Positions 41,401 through 52,800 of a DNA stretch of 64,000 nt are shown piece by piece. Every line of letters starts with the position of its first letter. Within the stretch, counting starts at the first letter, position 1. The position numbers and the translations under genes are program-made. Below the pieces are notes generated by a model that saw nothing but the letters and a program-made list of their open reading frames with translations, made no database searches and was not told where the DNA came from. Source of the DNA: Alphaproteobacteria bacterium (lineage in GTDB: Bacteria > Pseudomonadota > Alphaproteobacteria > UBA828); contig CBDCQT010000012.1 of NCBI GenBank assembly GCA_965220745.1, positions 128,001-192,000 of the forward strand. Reading direction: 5' to 3'.

Positions 41401-42440
41401 GATTCCTCTGCGAAATTAGTTCGGCAGGGTGTTGGGGAAGGTTTTCGGCTTGTGCGGTGTTGATGGAGCCGATTTTGCCGCTGCCGTCGGGCGATCTTGT
41501 GTCTGAAACGGCGGTTTGCGGGCGCACTGGTCGGTCAACAGCCCGCAATCAGGCTGGCGCGGCGCAGGTTGTAGGCGGTGGCAGCGGCGTAGAGGCGGGC
41601 GGTGTTCCTCTCGAGCACGCAACTCCTGGCCCGCCTCAGCCCGTAGAGGCGCTTCAGCGCCGAAAAGACGGCCTCCACCGGCGCCCGGCGCCTGGCAATG
41701 AGATCGTTGCGCCGCTGCTGCCAGGGCGGCAGCGAGGCCATGTGCTTGTTGCGCCGGTGCATGATGCGGTCCTTGATGCCGGCGGCCTTGAGCCTTGCCC
41801 GTCTCGGCTTGCCCTCGTAGGCGCGATCGCCATAGACCGCCCCCTCGTCGCCGCAGATCAACCGATCGGCAACCTCGCTTCGTAGGTCTTGGCCGAGCTC
41901 AGCGCCACGCGACGGATCAGCCCGGAGCCCTGGTCGACACCCACATGCGCCTTGTAGCCGAAGAAGCCACGGCCCTTCTTCCGCGTCCAATCCGCACCGG
42001 GCTCGCGCGGGTGCCCGGCACCCGCGCCCGCCTTGTACGGCGGAGGCCGCGAGGCCGAGGCCACCAGCGTCGCGTCCATCAGCGTGCCCTTGCGCAGGAT
42101 CAGCCCGGCGGCATCCAGCTGGCGGTTGATCTCCTCGAACGCCGCCTCCAGAACAGCGCCCGCGTCCGCGCGAAAGCGGCAGATCGTGGTCTCGTCCGGC
42201 ATGCCCCCATCCAGCGCAAAGCCGCAGAAACGCCGGAACGACAGCCGTTCCAGCAGCGTCTCCTCCAGACCGGGGTCCGAAAGGTCGTAAAGCGCCTGAA
42301 GATAGAGCGCCTTCAGCATCGACAGCGGCGCATAGGGCGGGCGCCCCCGCCGTCCTCCGCGCACGCCCGAAGCCAGACGCTCGAGAGGAGCCCAGTCGAT
42401 CAATCCATCCAGCCGTTCCAGCTTCCGGTTCGTACCCAGA
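41401..42440 (-). pseudogene. IS5-family transposase, frameshifted and 5'-truncated
   Basis: GRPPY, LSDPGLEE, PDETTICRFR, MDATLV, GYKAHVGVD, then frame change near 41878 to YGDRAY..VEAVF..NLRR. Confidence 0.85.
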
Positions 42441-42570
42441 GCGCATCCGTTTTAGACGGAACCATATCCGACGTTTCGGATGTAGTTATTGCATTCGCTG
42501 GGCTCGATGGTGTCGATGAGGTGCCCGAGGTGGCGCCAAGTGTCCTCGAAGTCGCGCTTCTTGGTTCTCC
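42440..42570 (-). pseudogene. IS630-family transposase C-terminal remnant
   Basis: FEDTWRHLGHLIDTIEPSECNNYIRNVGYGSV*. Confidence 0.7.
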
Positions 42571-42725
42571 GAGTGACCCATGTAGTGCCACGTCTTGAAG
42601 AAGATCGCTTCCTTTTCCCGCTCGAATATGGCGGGGTCGTGATACCAGGATGCCGGGAGCGTGTAAGAGAGCTCGGGGTTCAGGCTGAAGGTCCTCTTGA
42701 GTTCGAGTGCCGACACGTCGTTCAT
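42571..42725 (-). pseudogene. 5' remnant of a second Rieske oxygenase alpha subunit
   Basis: YTLPASWYHDPAIFEREKEAIFFKTWHYMGH, then interrupted by IS DNA. Confidence 0.75.
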
Positions 42726-42780
42726 CGGGGACCTTCCTTGACGTTTCTGCAGCAGGGCGCGGCTTCTGCCCCCCTTGCAG

Positions 42781-43935
42781 CTAGTCCGGGTCGTTGAGAG
42801 CCTTCCACACCATGTGCTCGAAGTGGTGCACGCCGTGCTCGCTGCGCCAGCTGTCGAAGTCGTCCACCACGAAACGGCCCTGCTTGTAGCCGCGCGACTT
42901 CACGCCGCGCTGCACCGCGCGGATGATGGCGATGTCCTGCTCGTTGACCACGTCGCTGTGGTACTTGATTACCTCTTCCTCCTTCTCGGAGGGCGGGTTC
43001 GAGCGGAAATAGTAGTCGAGCGACTCGAAGGTCTGCTCCGGCCCGGTGGGATGGACCTGGAAGACTATGAAGTTGCTCGACGGCGGCCAGGCCATGAAGA
43101 GCGTGTTGGGCCAGAGCGCCCAGATGTAGCCGTCCACCATGTCGGCCTGGCATGGATTGAAGCCGTAGGCCCGGTTCTCCGGCCGCGCCTTGTAGACGAT
43201 GTGGCTCGAATAGTAGGGCCGCACCATGTTCTTCCAACGCTCGGTCTCGAAGAGAGACGTCGCCGAGCCCATGAACTCCGGGTGGGCGTAGGGGCAGTGA
43301 TAGCACTCGGCGAAATTGCCGATCGCGATCTTCCAGTTGACGTCGAGATCGAAGGGGTCCTTGCGACAGAGAAGGAGGTCGTCGTAGTCGGGAACCGCGT
43401 CGCGGAACTCGTCGACGATCGAGCCGGCCATGCTCTCGAGCGAGGGCGCGTCCGGATCCATGTTGATGAACACCATGTGGGTGCCGAATTCCTCGACCTG
43501 CATCTCCGGCAGGCAGAAGTCTGCTGGATCGAAGTTCATCATCAGCTCCGCGCCATTCGCGTTCTTCAGCGAGCCATCGGTGTTGAAAGTCCAGTTGTGA
43601 TAGGGGCAGACCAGCGTCTTGCGGTTGCCGACGCCGTTGTCCATCAGGCTCGCGCCGCGGTGGGGGCAGACGTTGTAGAAGGCGCGCAGCACGCCGTCCA
43701 TGCCGCGCACCACGATGATGTCCTGATCGATCACCGTCGTCGCGACAAAGCTGCCTGGCTCCGCGACCTCCGATGCATGGGCCGCGAACAGCCAGTTCTG
43801 ATAGAATATCTTCTCCTTCTCCTGCGCGAGAATCGCCGGGTCGTAATAGTAATGGCCCGGCAGGGTGCAGCTGTCGCGGGCGTCCCTATTGAACGGCACT
43901 GCCGGCTGAAGAACGGGCGCGGGTCCGATGGGCAT
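42781..43935 (-). CDS. Rieske non-heme iron oxygenase alpha subunit (CntA/choline monooxygenase-like)
   Basis: CPH..CPYH Rieske motif; NFAECYHCPYAH and EQD iron ligands. Confidence 0.88.
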   Translation of the reverse strand: MPIGPAPVLQPAVPFNRDARDSCTLPGHYYYDPAILAQEKEKIFYQNWLFAAHASEVAEPGSFVATTVIDQDIIVVRGMDGVLRAFYNVCPHRGASLMDNGVGNRKTLVCPYHNWTFNTDGSLKNANGAELMMNFDPADFCLPEMQVEEFGTHMVFINMDPDAPSLESMAGSIVDEFRDAVPDYDDLLLCRKDPFDLDVNWKIAIGNFAECYHCPYAHPEFMGSATSLFETERWKNMVRPYYSSHIVYKARPENRAYGFNPCQADMVDGYIWALWPNTLFMAWPPSSNFIVFQVHPTGPEQTFESLDYYFRSNPPSEKEEEVIKYHSDVVNEQDIAIIRAVQRGVKSRGYKQGRFVVDDFDSWRSEHGVHHFEHMVWKALNDPD

Positions 43936-44065
43936 GACACTCTCCTTCAATCGCTTTCGCCAGTCGCTCACGCTGAGGGGTGGCACAGGCGAGGGGCCGG
44001 GGCCTCGGCACCCGGTGGCGCTCGGTGCCGGTGGCCCCGTCCCGCTCTCGCGTTACTCGCCGGTT

Positions 44066-45166
44066 TCAGTTCCCGTAGCGGCTCCAGTCCTCTTCGAAGC
44101 CCTCCGCGTAAAGGTCGCCGATGATCGTGCAGTCGATGCCGCGCTCTGGCGGGACCGCCTGTTCCATGTAACCGAACTTCACCCACCATTCGTTCACGAC
44201 ATTCCACTGCGTCGAGAAATACCCGTTCTCCTGCTCGAAGGGCGGGTCACCGGGCGCCACGCCGCAGAAGGCGGCGGCTTCGGCAAGGGTATAGGGGTAG
44301 ATCTTGTTGTCCGCGAGGGTTCCGGTCTTCCCGATGACGACCTCGACGTCCTCCATCTCGAACTGCAGCGACTTGGCGATGATCTCGTTGCCCTCTTCGG
44401 GATTGTCCTTCCACCACTGCACCGCGTCGTAATAGAGACGCATGACCTGCTTCGCGAGACTGCGCTTCTCTCGGATGAAGTCGGCGTTCATGAACATCGC
44501 ATCGCCCAGCACAGCCAGCTTAAGCCAATAGGGGTCGACCGAGTTGGCGACTTCCTGGGCTCCAGGCAGGTCGCGCAATACGTTGCGCGCCCAAGGTTGC
44601 CAGAACTCGCCGCCGGCGATCTCGCCGCCGACCATCGCGGCCGCCGCCTCGTTCATGATGAGATTAACCCATTGGACCTCGTCGATGCCGACGCCGTTCT
44701 GCTCGAGCCAGGTCGCCATGTAGATCTGCGCGAGACCGCCTTCGAGCACGGCAACCTGCTTGCCCCTGAGCTCCTCGGGGCTCTTGATGTCGGGATGCAG
44801 GATGATCATGTCGACGCCATAGGACACGGTGGAGAGCGCGATCAACTTGACCGGGAGGCCCTGCGCGGCGGTGATCGGCCCCATCTCGACGGTGCTGTTG
44901 ATCACGTCGAGCTCGCCGGTTGCCATCAGCGTGAAGAGCTGATTGGGATCGTCGATAATCGTGTGCTCGAATTCGATGTCGGGCGCCCAACCCAGCTCGT
45001 TCACCATGTAGAAGAAAGTTTGCGCCGGCCAATGGGTATGGCCCACACGCACCACGTCTTTGGCGGAGGCCAAGTTCGAGGCGTCGGCTATGGCGACGAC
45101 GGCGAGCGCCGCGCCAGCCACTACGAGACCAAGTCTCCGTGCAAGGCACTTTATTCCCATTTTCAT
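44066..45166 (-). CDS. NitT/TauT-type ABC substrate-binding protein
   Basis: Signal peptide; SYGVD, ELRGKQVAV, WQPW. Confidence 0.82.
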   Translation of the reverse strand: MKMGIKCLARRLGLVVAGAALAVVAIADASNLASAKDVVRVGHTHWPAQTFFYMVNELGWAPDIEFEHTIIDDPNQLFTLMATGELDVINSTVEMGPITAAQGLPVKLIALSTVSYGVDMIILHPDIKSPEELRGKQVAVLEGGLAQIYMATWLEQNGVGIDEVQWVNLIMNEAAAAMVGGEIAGGEFWQPWARNVLRDLPGAQEVANSVDPYWLKLAVLGDAMFMNADFIREKRSLAKQVMRLYYDAVQWWKDNPEEGNEIIAKSLQFEMEDVEVVIGKTGTLADNKIYPYTLAEAAAFCGVAPGDPPFEQENGYFSTQWNVVNEWWVKFGYMEQAVPPERGIDCTIIGDLYAEGFEEDWSRYGN

Positions 45167-45346
45167 GCTCAGCCTCCCGTTTTAGGTTCAATTCTTTGCG
45201 TTTGATGGCAAAAACCATATCGTGGGGATTCTTCGGAAGCAAGCACACTCCGCGCAAGACGGGCGCAGATGCACGCGAAGGCGGGAGATCGAGAACCGCG
45301 ATAGGCGCTCATCGGATGCTGCGGTGAGGGCAGGCGGGAGAGGACC

Positions 45347-45877
45347 ATGACACCCGACGAATACAAGCAGACTGACCTTCTCAACAGCTTCCTCGACGGC
45401 ACGGTGCAGATCTGTGTCGTGACCCACGATCTCGATAAGGCTGTGCGAGCCTATGCCGATCGGCTCGGGATCGGGCCCTGGTGGATCCAGGACGCCGAGC
45501 CGCCGGAGATGATCGAGACGCGGATCCGCGGCGTCGAGACGCCGTTCAGCATGCGCCTCGCCCTCGCCTGGACTGGAGATATGATGTGGGAGATCATCCA
45601 GCCGCTGACGGGGCCGACCGTCTACCAGGAGCACCTTGAGAAGCACGGCGAGGGGGTTCAGCACGCCGCGTTCTCGTTCACGCGCGTCGGCTTCGACGCA
45701 GCGGTCGAGAGTTTCAAAGCACGCGGCTTCGAGCCGATCCAGGAATGCAACTGGAATGGCGTCCGGGTGAAGTATTTCGACACGGTGGGCGCAGCCCACA
45801 CGACCTTTGAAATCTACGACTGGCCCGAAGACAAGGCCCTGCCGGAGCCGCAATACTGGTATCCCGCTCCGCCGTGA
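45347..45877 (+). CDS. VOC/glyoxalase-family protein
   Basis: QICVVTHDLDKA, LGIGPW, EIIQP, HGEGVQH. Confidence 0.85.
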   Translation: MTPDEYKQTDLLNSFLDGTVQICVVTHDLDKAVRAYADRLGIGPWWIQDAEPPEMIETRIRGVETPFSMRLALAWTGDMMWEIIQPLTGPTVYQEHLEKHGEGVQHAAFSFTRVGFDAAVESFKARGFEPIQECNWNGVRVKYFDTVGAAHTTFEIYDWPEDKALPEPQYWYPAPP

Positions 45878-45901
45878 GCCGGACGCGGGCTGCAGGCGCG
45901 G

Positions 45902-46750
45902 TCAGCTGATCTTGCCCTGGATCTCCTCGCGCATCATGGCGAAGAGGACCTGCTCCGTCTCGATATAACCGGGATGACGTAGTAGTTCTTCTTTCTGCTC
46001 GTATCGGCGCCCTTCTTTGAAGTCCATTTGGAGGTCTGCTTTGATCCGTCCAGGCTGGCGCGTGTAAAAGAGAATACGATCAGCGAGATAGATTGCCTCC
46101 TGGATGTCGTGGGTCACCACGATCACCGTCTTGTTCTCGCGTTCGATGATCTCGATGATCATCTCCTCCATTTCCCAGCGGACCTGTGCATCGAGGGCGC
46201 CGAACGGCTCGTCGAGCAAGAGGAGCCTTGGGTTCTGCGCAAGAGTGCGGGCGATCGCGACACGCTGCTTCATGCCCCCCGAAAGTTCTTCGGGATAGGC
46301 GCCACGGAATTTGTCGAGATGCACGACGTCGAGGAAGTGGCGTGCGCGCTCGCGCCGCTCGGCCTTCGGAATCCCCTGCACCTTCATCCCGTATTCGACG
46401 TTCTCCAGCACCGTGAGCCAACGGAATGAGGTGTAAGCCTGGAACACCATGCCGCGGTCGGGGCCAGGGCCCAGCACTGGGTGCCCGTCGACAACGACAC
46501 GACCGCTGGTCGGCAGGTCGAGCCCGGCGATGAGCCTCAGCATGGTGGTCTTGCCGCAGCCGGACGGGCCGATCATGGCCGTGACGCGGCTCTCCTCCAG
46601 GCTGAACGAGATGTCGTCGATCGCCGTGATCGTCCCGCCGAGGAACTCCTTCGTCACCCGCTCGCTCTCGACGATCGCGGACGAATCTCTCGCCTCGACG
46701 GCAAGCCCGTTCTCTCCGTTGCCGCCGCCCCTGTTGCGCTTCCACAGCAT
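45902..46750 (-). CDS. NitT/TauT-type ABC ATP-binding protein
   Basis: GPSGCGKTT, LSGGMKQR, LDEPFGALD. Confidence 0.92.
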   Translation of the reverse strand: MLWKRNRGGGNGENGLAVEARDSSAIVESERVTKEFLGGTITAIDDISFSLEESRVTAMIGPSGCGKTTMLRLIAGLDLPTSGRVVVDGHPVLGPGPDRGMVFQAYTSFRWLTVLENVEYGMKVQGIPKAERRERARHFLDVVHLDKFRGAYPEELSGGMKQRVAIARTLAQNPRLLLLDEPFGALDAQVRWEMEEMIIEIIERENKTVIVVTHDIQEAIYLADRILFYTRQPGRIKADLQMDFKEGRRYEQKEELLRHPGYIETEQVLFAMMREEIQGKIS

Positions 46751-46758
46751 CCCGTCGC

Positions 46759-47658
46759 TTAGCCCCGCCGGCGGAAGTTGTACGGAAACATGAGGCGGCT
46801 CGCGAGCCGAAACGCGATGTCGGTGAGGATGCCGAGGACGCCAATGGTCAGGATGCCGGCCATGATCACGTCGACGTGGAGGAAGCGCCCGGCCCGCATC
46901 ATTACGGCGCCGATGCCGTCGGTGGCGGCGACGATCTCGGCAACCACGAGATAGGTCCAGCCGATTGCCGCGAGGCTCCGAAGCGAGTCCATGATGGTGG
47001 GCGCCGAGTACTTCCAGACGACATCGAATACGACCCGCCAGCGCCCGGCGCCCATGGTGAGCGATGATTCGACCAGCTCATCGGGCACAGAGAGCACGTT
47101 GTCCAGGATGACCACCATGAGGAACCAGAAGCACCCGAGGAACAGGAGCGCCATCTTCGCCGAGTCGCCGGCACCGAACCAGATGAGCAGCAGCGGCACG
47201 AATGCAACCGCCGGCAGGTAGCGCCAGCCGGCCACGGTCGGGCCGATCAGCGCCCGCAGGCGGGCGAAGCAGCCCATCAATACGCCGATCGGAACGGCGA
47301 TCAGGCAGGCCAGAAAGTAGCTCACGTAGATTCGGAAGATGCTCTTGCCGATATCACCGATGAATCCCTTCTCGGCCAGCAGCTCGTAGAGCGTGACGAT
47401 CACCGTGCCCGGAGAGGGCAAGAAGCGCTGCTGCGCCGCGGGCGTCGTCAGGTGGCCGATCTCCCATATCACGAAGAAGATGACGACGCCGACGATGCCG
47501 TAGAGGATCGCCTTCTTCTGCGAGAGGCGCGAGCGCAACTCCAGAAACCGTTCTCGGGGCTTCGGGAGCTTCGGGACTTCCGCCTCGGCCGCGCTCGGAG
47601 TGCTCCCGCCGGCCAGGGTCGTCGGTCGTTCGCGCGCTGCCGACGCTCTTTCGTCCAT
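46759..47658 (-). CDS. NitT/TauT-type ABC permease
   Basis: FLPSP, PLLLIWFG, GWTYLVVAE. Confidence 0.9.
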   Translation of the reverse strand: MDERASAARERPTTLAGGSTPSAAEAEVPKLPKPRERFLELRSRLSQKKAILYGIVGVVIFFVIWEIGHLTTPAAQQRFLPSPGTVIVTLYELLAEKGFIGDIGKSIFRIYVSYFLACLIAVPIGVLMGCFARLRALIGPTVAGWRYLPAVAFVPLLLIWFGAGDSAKMALLFLGCFWFLMVVILDNVLSVPDELVESSLTMGAGRWRVVFDVVWKYSAPTIMDSLRSLAAIGWTYLVVAEIVAATDGIGAVMMRAGRFLHVDVIMAGILTIGVLGILTDIAFRLASRLMFPYNFRRRG

Positions 47659-47735
47659 GATCGCTAAGGCGCTGAATTCATCGCATTATTGATTGTTCGT
47701 AAATCAGTATATCATGCGCAGACCCGCGGTCGAGA

Positions 47736-48629
47736 TCACGGCGGGCGAGCGGCCCGGCGGTTCCGATACAGTTGGTAGGCGGAATGACCGGCGAGCGTGG
47801 CCAGAACCACAATACCGCCGACAACGGTGAGCAGCGGTGGCTCCTCGCTCAGCACAAGCCAGACCCAGAGCGTGCCGAGCACGGTCTCGAGCAGCATGAG
47901 CAGGCCTACCTCGGGCGCTGGCAGATAGCGCGGCCCGAGCGTGATAAGCGCGAACGAGACGGGCAGGACGAAGAGCCCCATGGCGGCGATGTAGCCCGCG
48001 CTGCCCCAGGCGGCATCGAGCGGCGCGGCAACACCGAGGACAGCGAGACCTGAGCTCAGGCTGCCGAGCGCCGTCGCAGGGATCAGGTTAACCTCCCGCG
48101 CCGCGCGCAGGACCACGAACATGCCCGCAAGCGTGATCGAGACGAACACCGCTGCGATGTCGCCGAGGAGCGTTCCGCGGCCGACGCCGTCCCACACGAC
48201 GATGGCGATGCCAGCAAAGGCGAGGAAGATGACGATCCAGAGCTCGAGGCTCACCCGCTCTCGCAGGAAGATCCAGCTGAGCAGCGCCGCGATGACCGGC
48301 GCGGTCGCGTAGATCACGAGGGTGTTCGCGACTCCCGTGTTCGAGATGGCGACCACGAAGAGAATGCCGTTGGCGCCAAACAGCAGTGCCACAGCGAGCC
48401 CGGCCCAGCCGATGCCGAGGAACGCGCGAATCGTCGCACGCCGGTAAACGATCGCGATGCCGAGCATGAGAGCGAGGCCCATTGCCAAGCCGCGCCAGAA
48501 GGTAGCCGTCCAGACGTCGAGGTCGGCGAGGCGCAGCAGGAGCGTGTCGGGTGTCAGCACCAGCACGCCGGTTCCGGTCATCAGGAGACCGCGCGTGTGG
48601 GTCGGCAAACCGGTTGAGCGGTTTTTCAC
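47736..48629 (-). CDS. EamA/DMT-family transporter
   Basis: About ten hydrophobic segments; FLRERV, LMLLETVLG. Confidence 0.85.
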   Translation of the reverse strand: MKNRSTGLPTHTRGLLMTGTGVLVLTPDTLLLRLADLDVWTATFWRGLAMGLALMLGIAIVYRRATIRAFLGIGWAGLAVALLFGANGILFVVAISNTGVANTLVIYATAPVIAALLSWIFLRERVSLELWIVIFLAFAGIAIVVWDGVGRGTLLGDIAAVFVSITLAGMFVVLRAAREVNLIPATALGSLSSGLAVLGVAAPLDAAWGSAGYIAAMGLFVLPVSFALITLGPRYLPAPEVGLLMLLETVLGTLWVWLVLSEEPPLLTVVGGIVVLATLAGHSAYQLYRNRRAARPP

Positions 48630-48870
48630 TGTCGATGTCGCCGCGCCGAGACCGGTCGCTCCCTTGCTGTTGCCGCGCTCCCCCCGCGATCGCGCCGTCT
48701 GGCCCGCATCGCCTCCCTAGACCAGGCCGTCCTCACCGACGGCGGCGACGGCGACCTTGCGAAGCGGCGGGTCCAATTCCCGCCCGCCCTCGCTGAACGT
48801 GCTCTCCCGGAATGTCAGGATGCTCCTTACCTTCATGCCAGGCAGTCTCCCTCGCGCGTCCGGCTCGCCG

Positions 48871-49443
48871 CTATCTGGCGGTCGCGGGGGAGGTTCCTTT
48901 CGCCTCCGCGGCGGCCGAAACGGTGTCGTTGCCCTCGAGAAAGGCATTCGGGATGCACTCGGCGCCGTCCCAGTCGTAGGTCCGGAAGTTGTGCCCTCTC
49001 GTGATGAACTGGGCACCGTTATAGAACATTCGTACTGGGTGTGCCGGCTCGCGAACTCCGATCCGACCGCGTCCCACGCCAGCTTGAGGAATTTCATCCG
49101 GTCGTAGGCGTCCTCGCCCTCCCGCGCCGAGACCAGCGCGGTGTCGAACAGCGCGACCAGCTCGGGATCGGCGAGATCGGCGGTCGACGAGGGCAGCATG
49201 ATCAGCCTAACACCCGCGAGCTCCCGGATCTCGGTGATGAACGTCGGGTAGAACTCCTGCGTAGAGGACGTGGCGGCGTAGAGGAGCCTCCGGTTCGGCA
49301 CGAAATACTTGCCGCGCCGGATTCCGGCCGCCTTCATCCCGTGGAGAAGGCCCTCCGCCACGCCGATCTGCGACGCCATCTGGCCCAGCCTCTCGTGCAC
49401 GGCGGGCATCCTGATGGTGCCCACGGTCTCCGTGATCCGCATT
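48871..49443 (-). pseudogene. 4-hydroxyphenylacetate 3-hydroxylase-family C-terminal fragment, frameshifted
   Basis: IRELAG..MLPSS, RMKFLKLAWDAVGSEFASRHTQYE, then MFYNGA in another frame; no 5' part. Confidence 0.8.
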
Positions 49444-49445
49444 GA

Positions 49446-49712
49446 GCCTTGGGAAAAAAGAACCGAGCGAAGCAGGATAATGCCTACCTCGTAACTGAGA
49501 TGGTTTCTATACTGTACGAGCAACAAGGGCCAGCAACCATTGTCCTTATGACTGGTGATGCAGATTATGCGCCTCCTCTGGAAAAGGCCTTGATGATGGG
49601 ATGGAGAACAGAAGTTGCATTTATCGACCGAGGAATCTCACAGGCGCTGGAGCCCATCTCTCATGAAATTCGTGAAATTAGACCGAACGAAATAGAGCTG
49701 ATGCAGTTTTGA
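49446..49712 (+). pseudogene. NYN (PIN-like) domain C-terminal fragment
   Basis: IVLMTGDADYAPPLEKALMMGWRTEV; lower GC; N-terminal half missing. Confidence 0.65.
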
Positions 49713-49826
49713 GTTTCGCCATCAACGAATCCTGTCCAAGCTACCATACCGCCAGCGCGACGTGAGCGGCTCGCAGGTCCACCCGTTTGGCGAGCGGCGC
49801 AAGGCGAGAAAAACGCGGTCTTTAAC

Positions 49827-52800
49827 TTAGACCGCGGCCGTGCCCTTGCCACCGTGGACCGATGGTTCCGCGCACCATTGGTGGCGCAACAGGGCCAGCG
49901 GCTCGAGCACCTCTTCCGAAATACTCAGCAAGTCGATCAGGACGGCGCGGTCGAGCGCCTGCCGGGTTTCGTCCTGCCACGCTTCGTTAGCCGGCAATAG
50001 CTCTTGTTCCCGAAACTCCGCGAAGATGTCGTCGGCACGGTCCAACTGCGGCGGAGTGAGGCTAGTCGGGTTGAGCACGGTGAGGGCCGGCAACTTCGAG
50101 ATCGTGAGCATGGCCCGACCCTGTTGCTGACGGGTACCGATCCACCAGAATAAAATACAACCGAGGGTCGTGTTGGCCCAAAGAACGAGCGGCACTTCCC
50201 AGCGCCGATCTGCGCACAGGAAGTTTGGCCAAGCCCTGCCTCCAATCGTTGGTTCGGGTGTAAGGCACGCTGCCAGCGGTTGGGAGTTGATGCGGAAATC
50301 GCGATTGAAATGCAGCCGTGAAGCTGTCCGTTGCCATGCTTCGTTGGCGCGGTGATCGCATTCCGGCCGAACCTCCCCGGCACTGTCCGGAAGGACGATC
50401 ATCCGTGTTTCGCGGATAGCATCGTGAGACCACAGGGCGGGCCACGTGGGAACGTGCCCAGGCTGCAAGTCAATAATGTCAAATGGTCCGCGAGGAAAGC
50501 CGGAGCTATTGCGTTCAATACCCGAAATGTCCATGTGGTAGAGCCCGCGATTTCCCAGATCGGCAAGAGTGGCGACTCGTACAGGTATCGCATTACCCAA
50601 CCTGGGCAGTCGAAGCTCGCCTTGCGCCAGCCCCCTAGCGGCCTGCACCACGCTTGCATCGCGAAGGCCCGCGCAGCCGGTGTCTAACCCGACTTATTCA
50701 TGGAGAACCTTGCGGTTGAGGCTCGGTTATCGGGTCGCGTCGGGACCTGACGCGGTTTGGCGCCGGGATCTGAGGATGATGGTCGTTATTGGGTTGAGGG
50801 TTGAACGAGCCTGGGTGATTGGGGCACGCCGCCCCGTCGCTCAGGGGCCTGCTGCGGCGAGACGGCCTGCGAGCAGGCGGAAGAGAGCGGCGTCCGGGCA
50901 GGCCGAGGCGAAGTGGATGCGGACGCGGGTGGCCTTCTCGATGACGCGGGCGCCGATCTTGAGGAGGCGCAGCCTCAGGGTTGCGAACTCTGCACGGGCG
51001 AGCGGCGCCGTGCGGGGAATGGCATCGCGGAGCGCGAGCATCAGCCAGTAGGCTGCAGTGTGCAGGACCAGCCTGAGCTGGTTGGCGCGCGGGCTCTGGC
51101 AGGAGGTTCGGTCCGAGGCGAGCTGGCCCTTGTGCATCTTGATCAGGTTCTCGGCCTGGCCTCGGGCGCAGTAGATGTCTTCGTAGAGATGGCGGGGCTC
51201 GCCCTTGAGCGAGGTGACGATATAGCGCGCGTCGAAGCCGCGCGTCGTCGCCTCCAGCCGAGCCACGACCCGGCGTTCGCGGCCCCAGGAGCCGGCGGCG
51301 TAGTCGAAGGCGGCGACGCTGCGCATCCTGTCCGCGCCGGCCTTGGCGCGGCGCACCCGGACGTCGTCGGCCACGTCGTATGCAAGCGCGTGCAGCGCCC
51401 GATTGCCGGCGAGGCCGAAGATGTAGTCGACGCCGTTCTGCTCGCACCAGGCCATGGCTTGCGGGCGGCCGTAGTGCGCATCTCCCCGGAAGACGATCCG
51501 GGTGTGCGGCCAGTGGCGGCGGATGCGGCGGACCAGGTGCTTGATGAGAGTGCGGACCTCGGGCCCCGACGGCGTCTTGCCCGGGCGCAGGAGGACCGCC
51601 ACCGGCTTGCCGCTTTCCACATGGTAGACGTGGACGGGCAGGAAGCAGCGGGTGTCGTAATGAGCGTTGAACAGCGACAGCTGCTGGTGCCCGTGCACGG
51701 CATCGCAGGTGTCGTCGATATCGAGCGTGATGGCGGCAGGTGGGGCTGAGAAGGAGCGGCAGAAGAGATCGACCAGGGCGGCCGTCATGCGCGCCACCTC
51801 GATGCGAGACGGCGCGTTCTCCAGGCGGCTCATGGTGGGCTGGGAACAGAGGTCGCCCCCGCTCTCCGGCGCCCGGCCTGAGGCCAGCTTGAACAGCGGG
51901 TCCGCGCGCAGCGCGTCGCAGTCGTCGGCATCCTCGTAACCGCAGGCGATGGCCAGCATGCGAAAGCGCAGCATGGCCGAGAGCGAGTGGACCACCTGCG
52001 CCTGATTGCGCCGGTCGCGGATACAGCCCGCCAGGGTCTCGGCGAGACGCAAGCGGCGTTCCGCCTCGCGCAACAGGACCAGGCCGCCGTCAGACGAGAT
52101 CAGGCCGCCGTCGAAGGCGGCGCTCACCCTCTTGCGTTGGACGCTTGGCAGATCGAAGGGGAGAAGGCTATCGTCGGTCATGGCGGGCGTGGCTTTTTCG
52201 TTGTTCGGAGAGGAAGACGCCTCGACAACGAATTCCTACCCGATGGCAACGGCTTACGCTACGTCCGCCACCCCAAAATCAGACCCGCCACGAATAATCC
52301 GGGCTAACAACGTTCCTCGAATACTGCATCCGATCCTGTCGCCGGTACCAATTGTAATCGCGCCAACAACGTGATCGGCGGGCAGCCCCCGGACGGCCCG
52401 CGCCATCGTCGCTGCTTCCAAGATGGTCTGTGGGCGGTGCTGGAGATTCACGAAGAGCGTCGCACCGTCAGTCTCCTCGTCGTCGTTCTTTCTGGTCGCA
52501 ACCACTAGCACCTCGGCCATGCCCGTGTCGGCCGAGAAGGCGCAATTGGTCGGGCCGGTGGCAGCAATGCTGACGATAACGATATCCCTGTAATGCTCGT
52601 CGAGCAGACGCCGCGCGGCGGCCCAGGATTCACCCTGGAGGAAGGATGCCGGGAGAACGAGGGCCAGCACTCCGTCGGGGCTCTTTACCTTGGCATGGGC
52701 AAGATCGATGAAGTATGACGCGAGGCCGGCATTGCCGTGACCGACCTTAGGCTCTCTGCGAATCTTCCCGAGGCGACGTGACATGTGCCTCATTTCTTCG

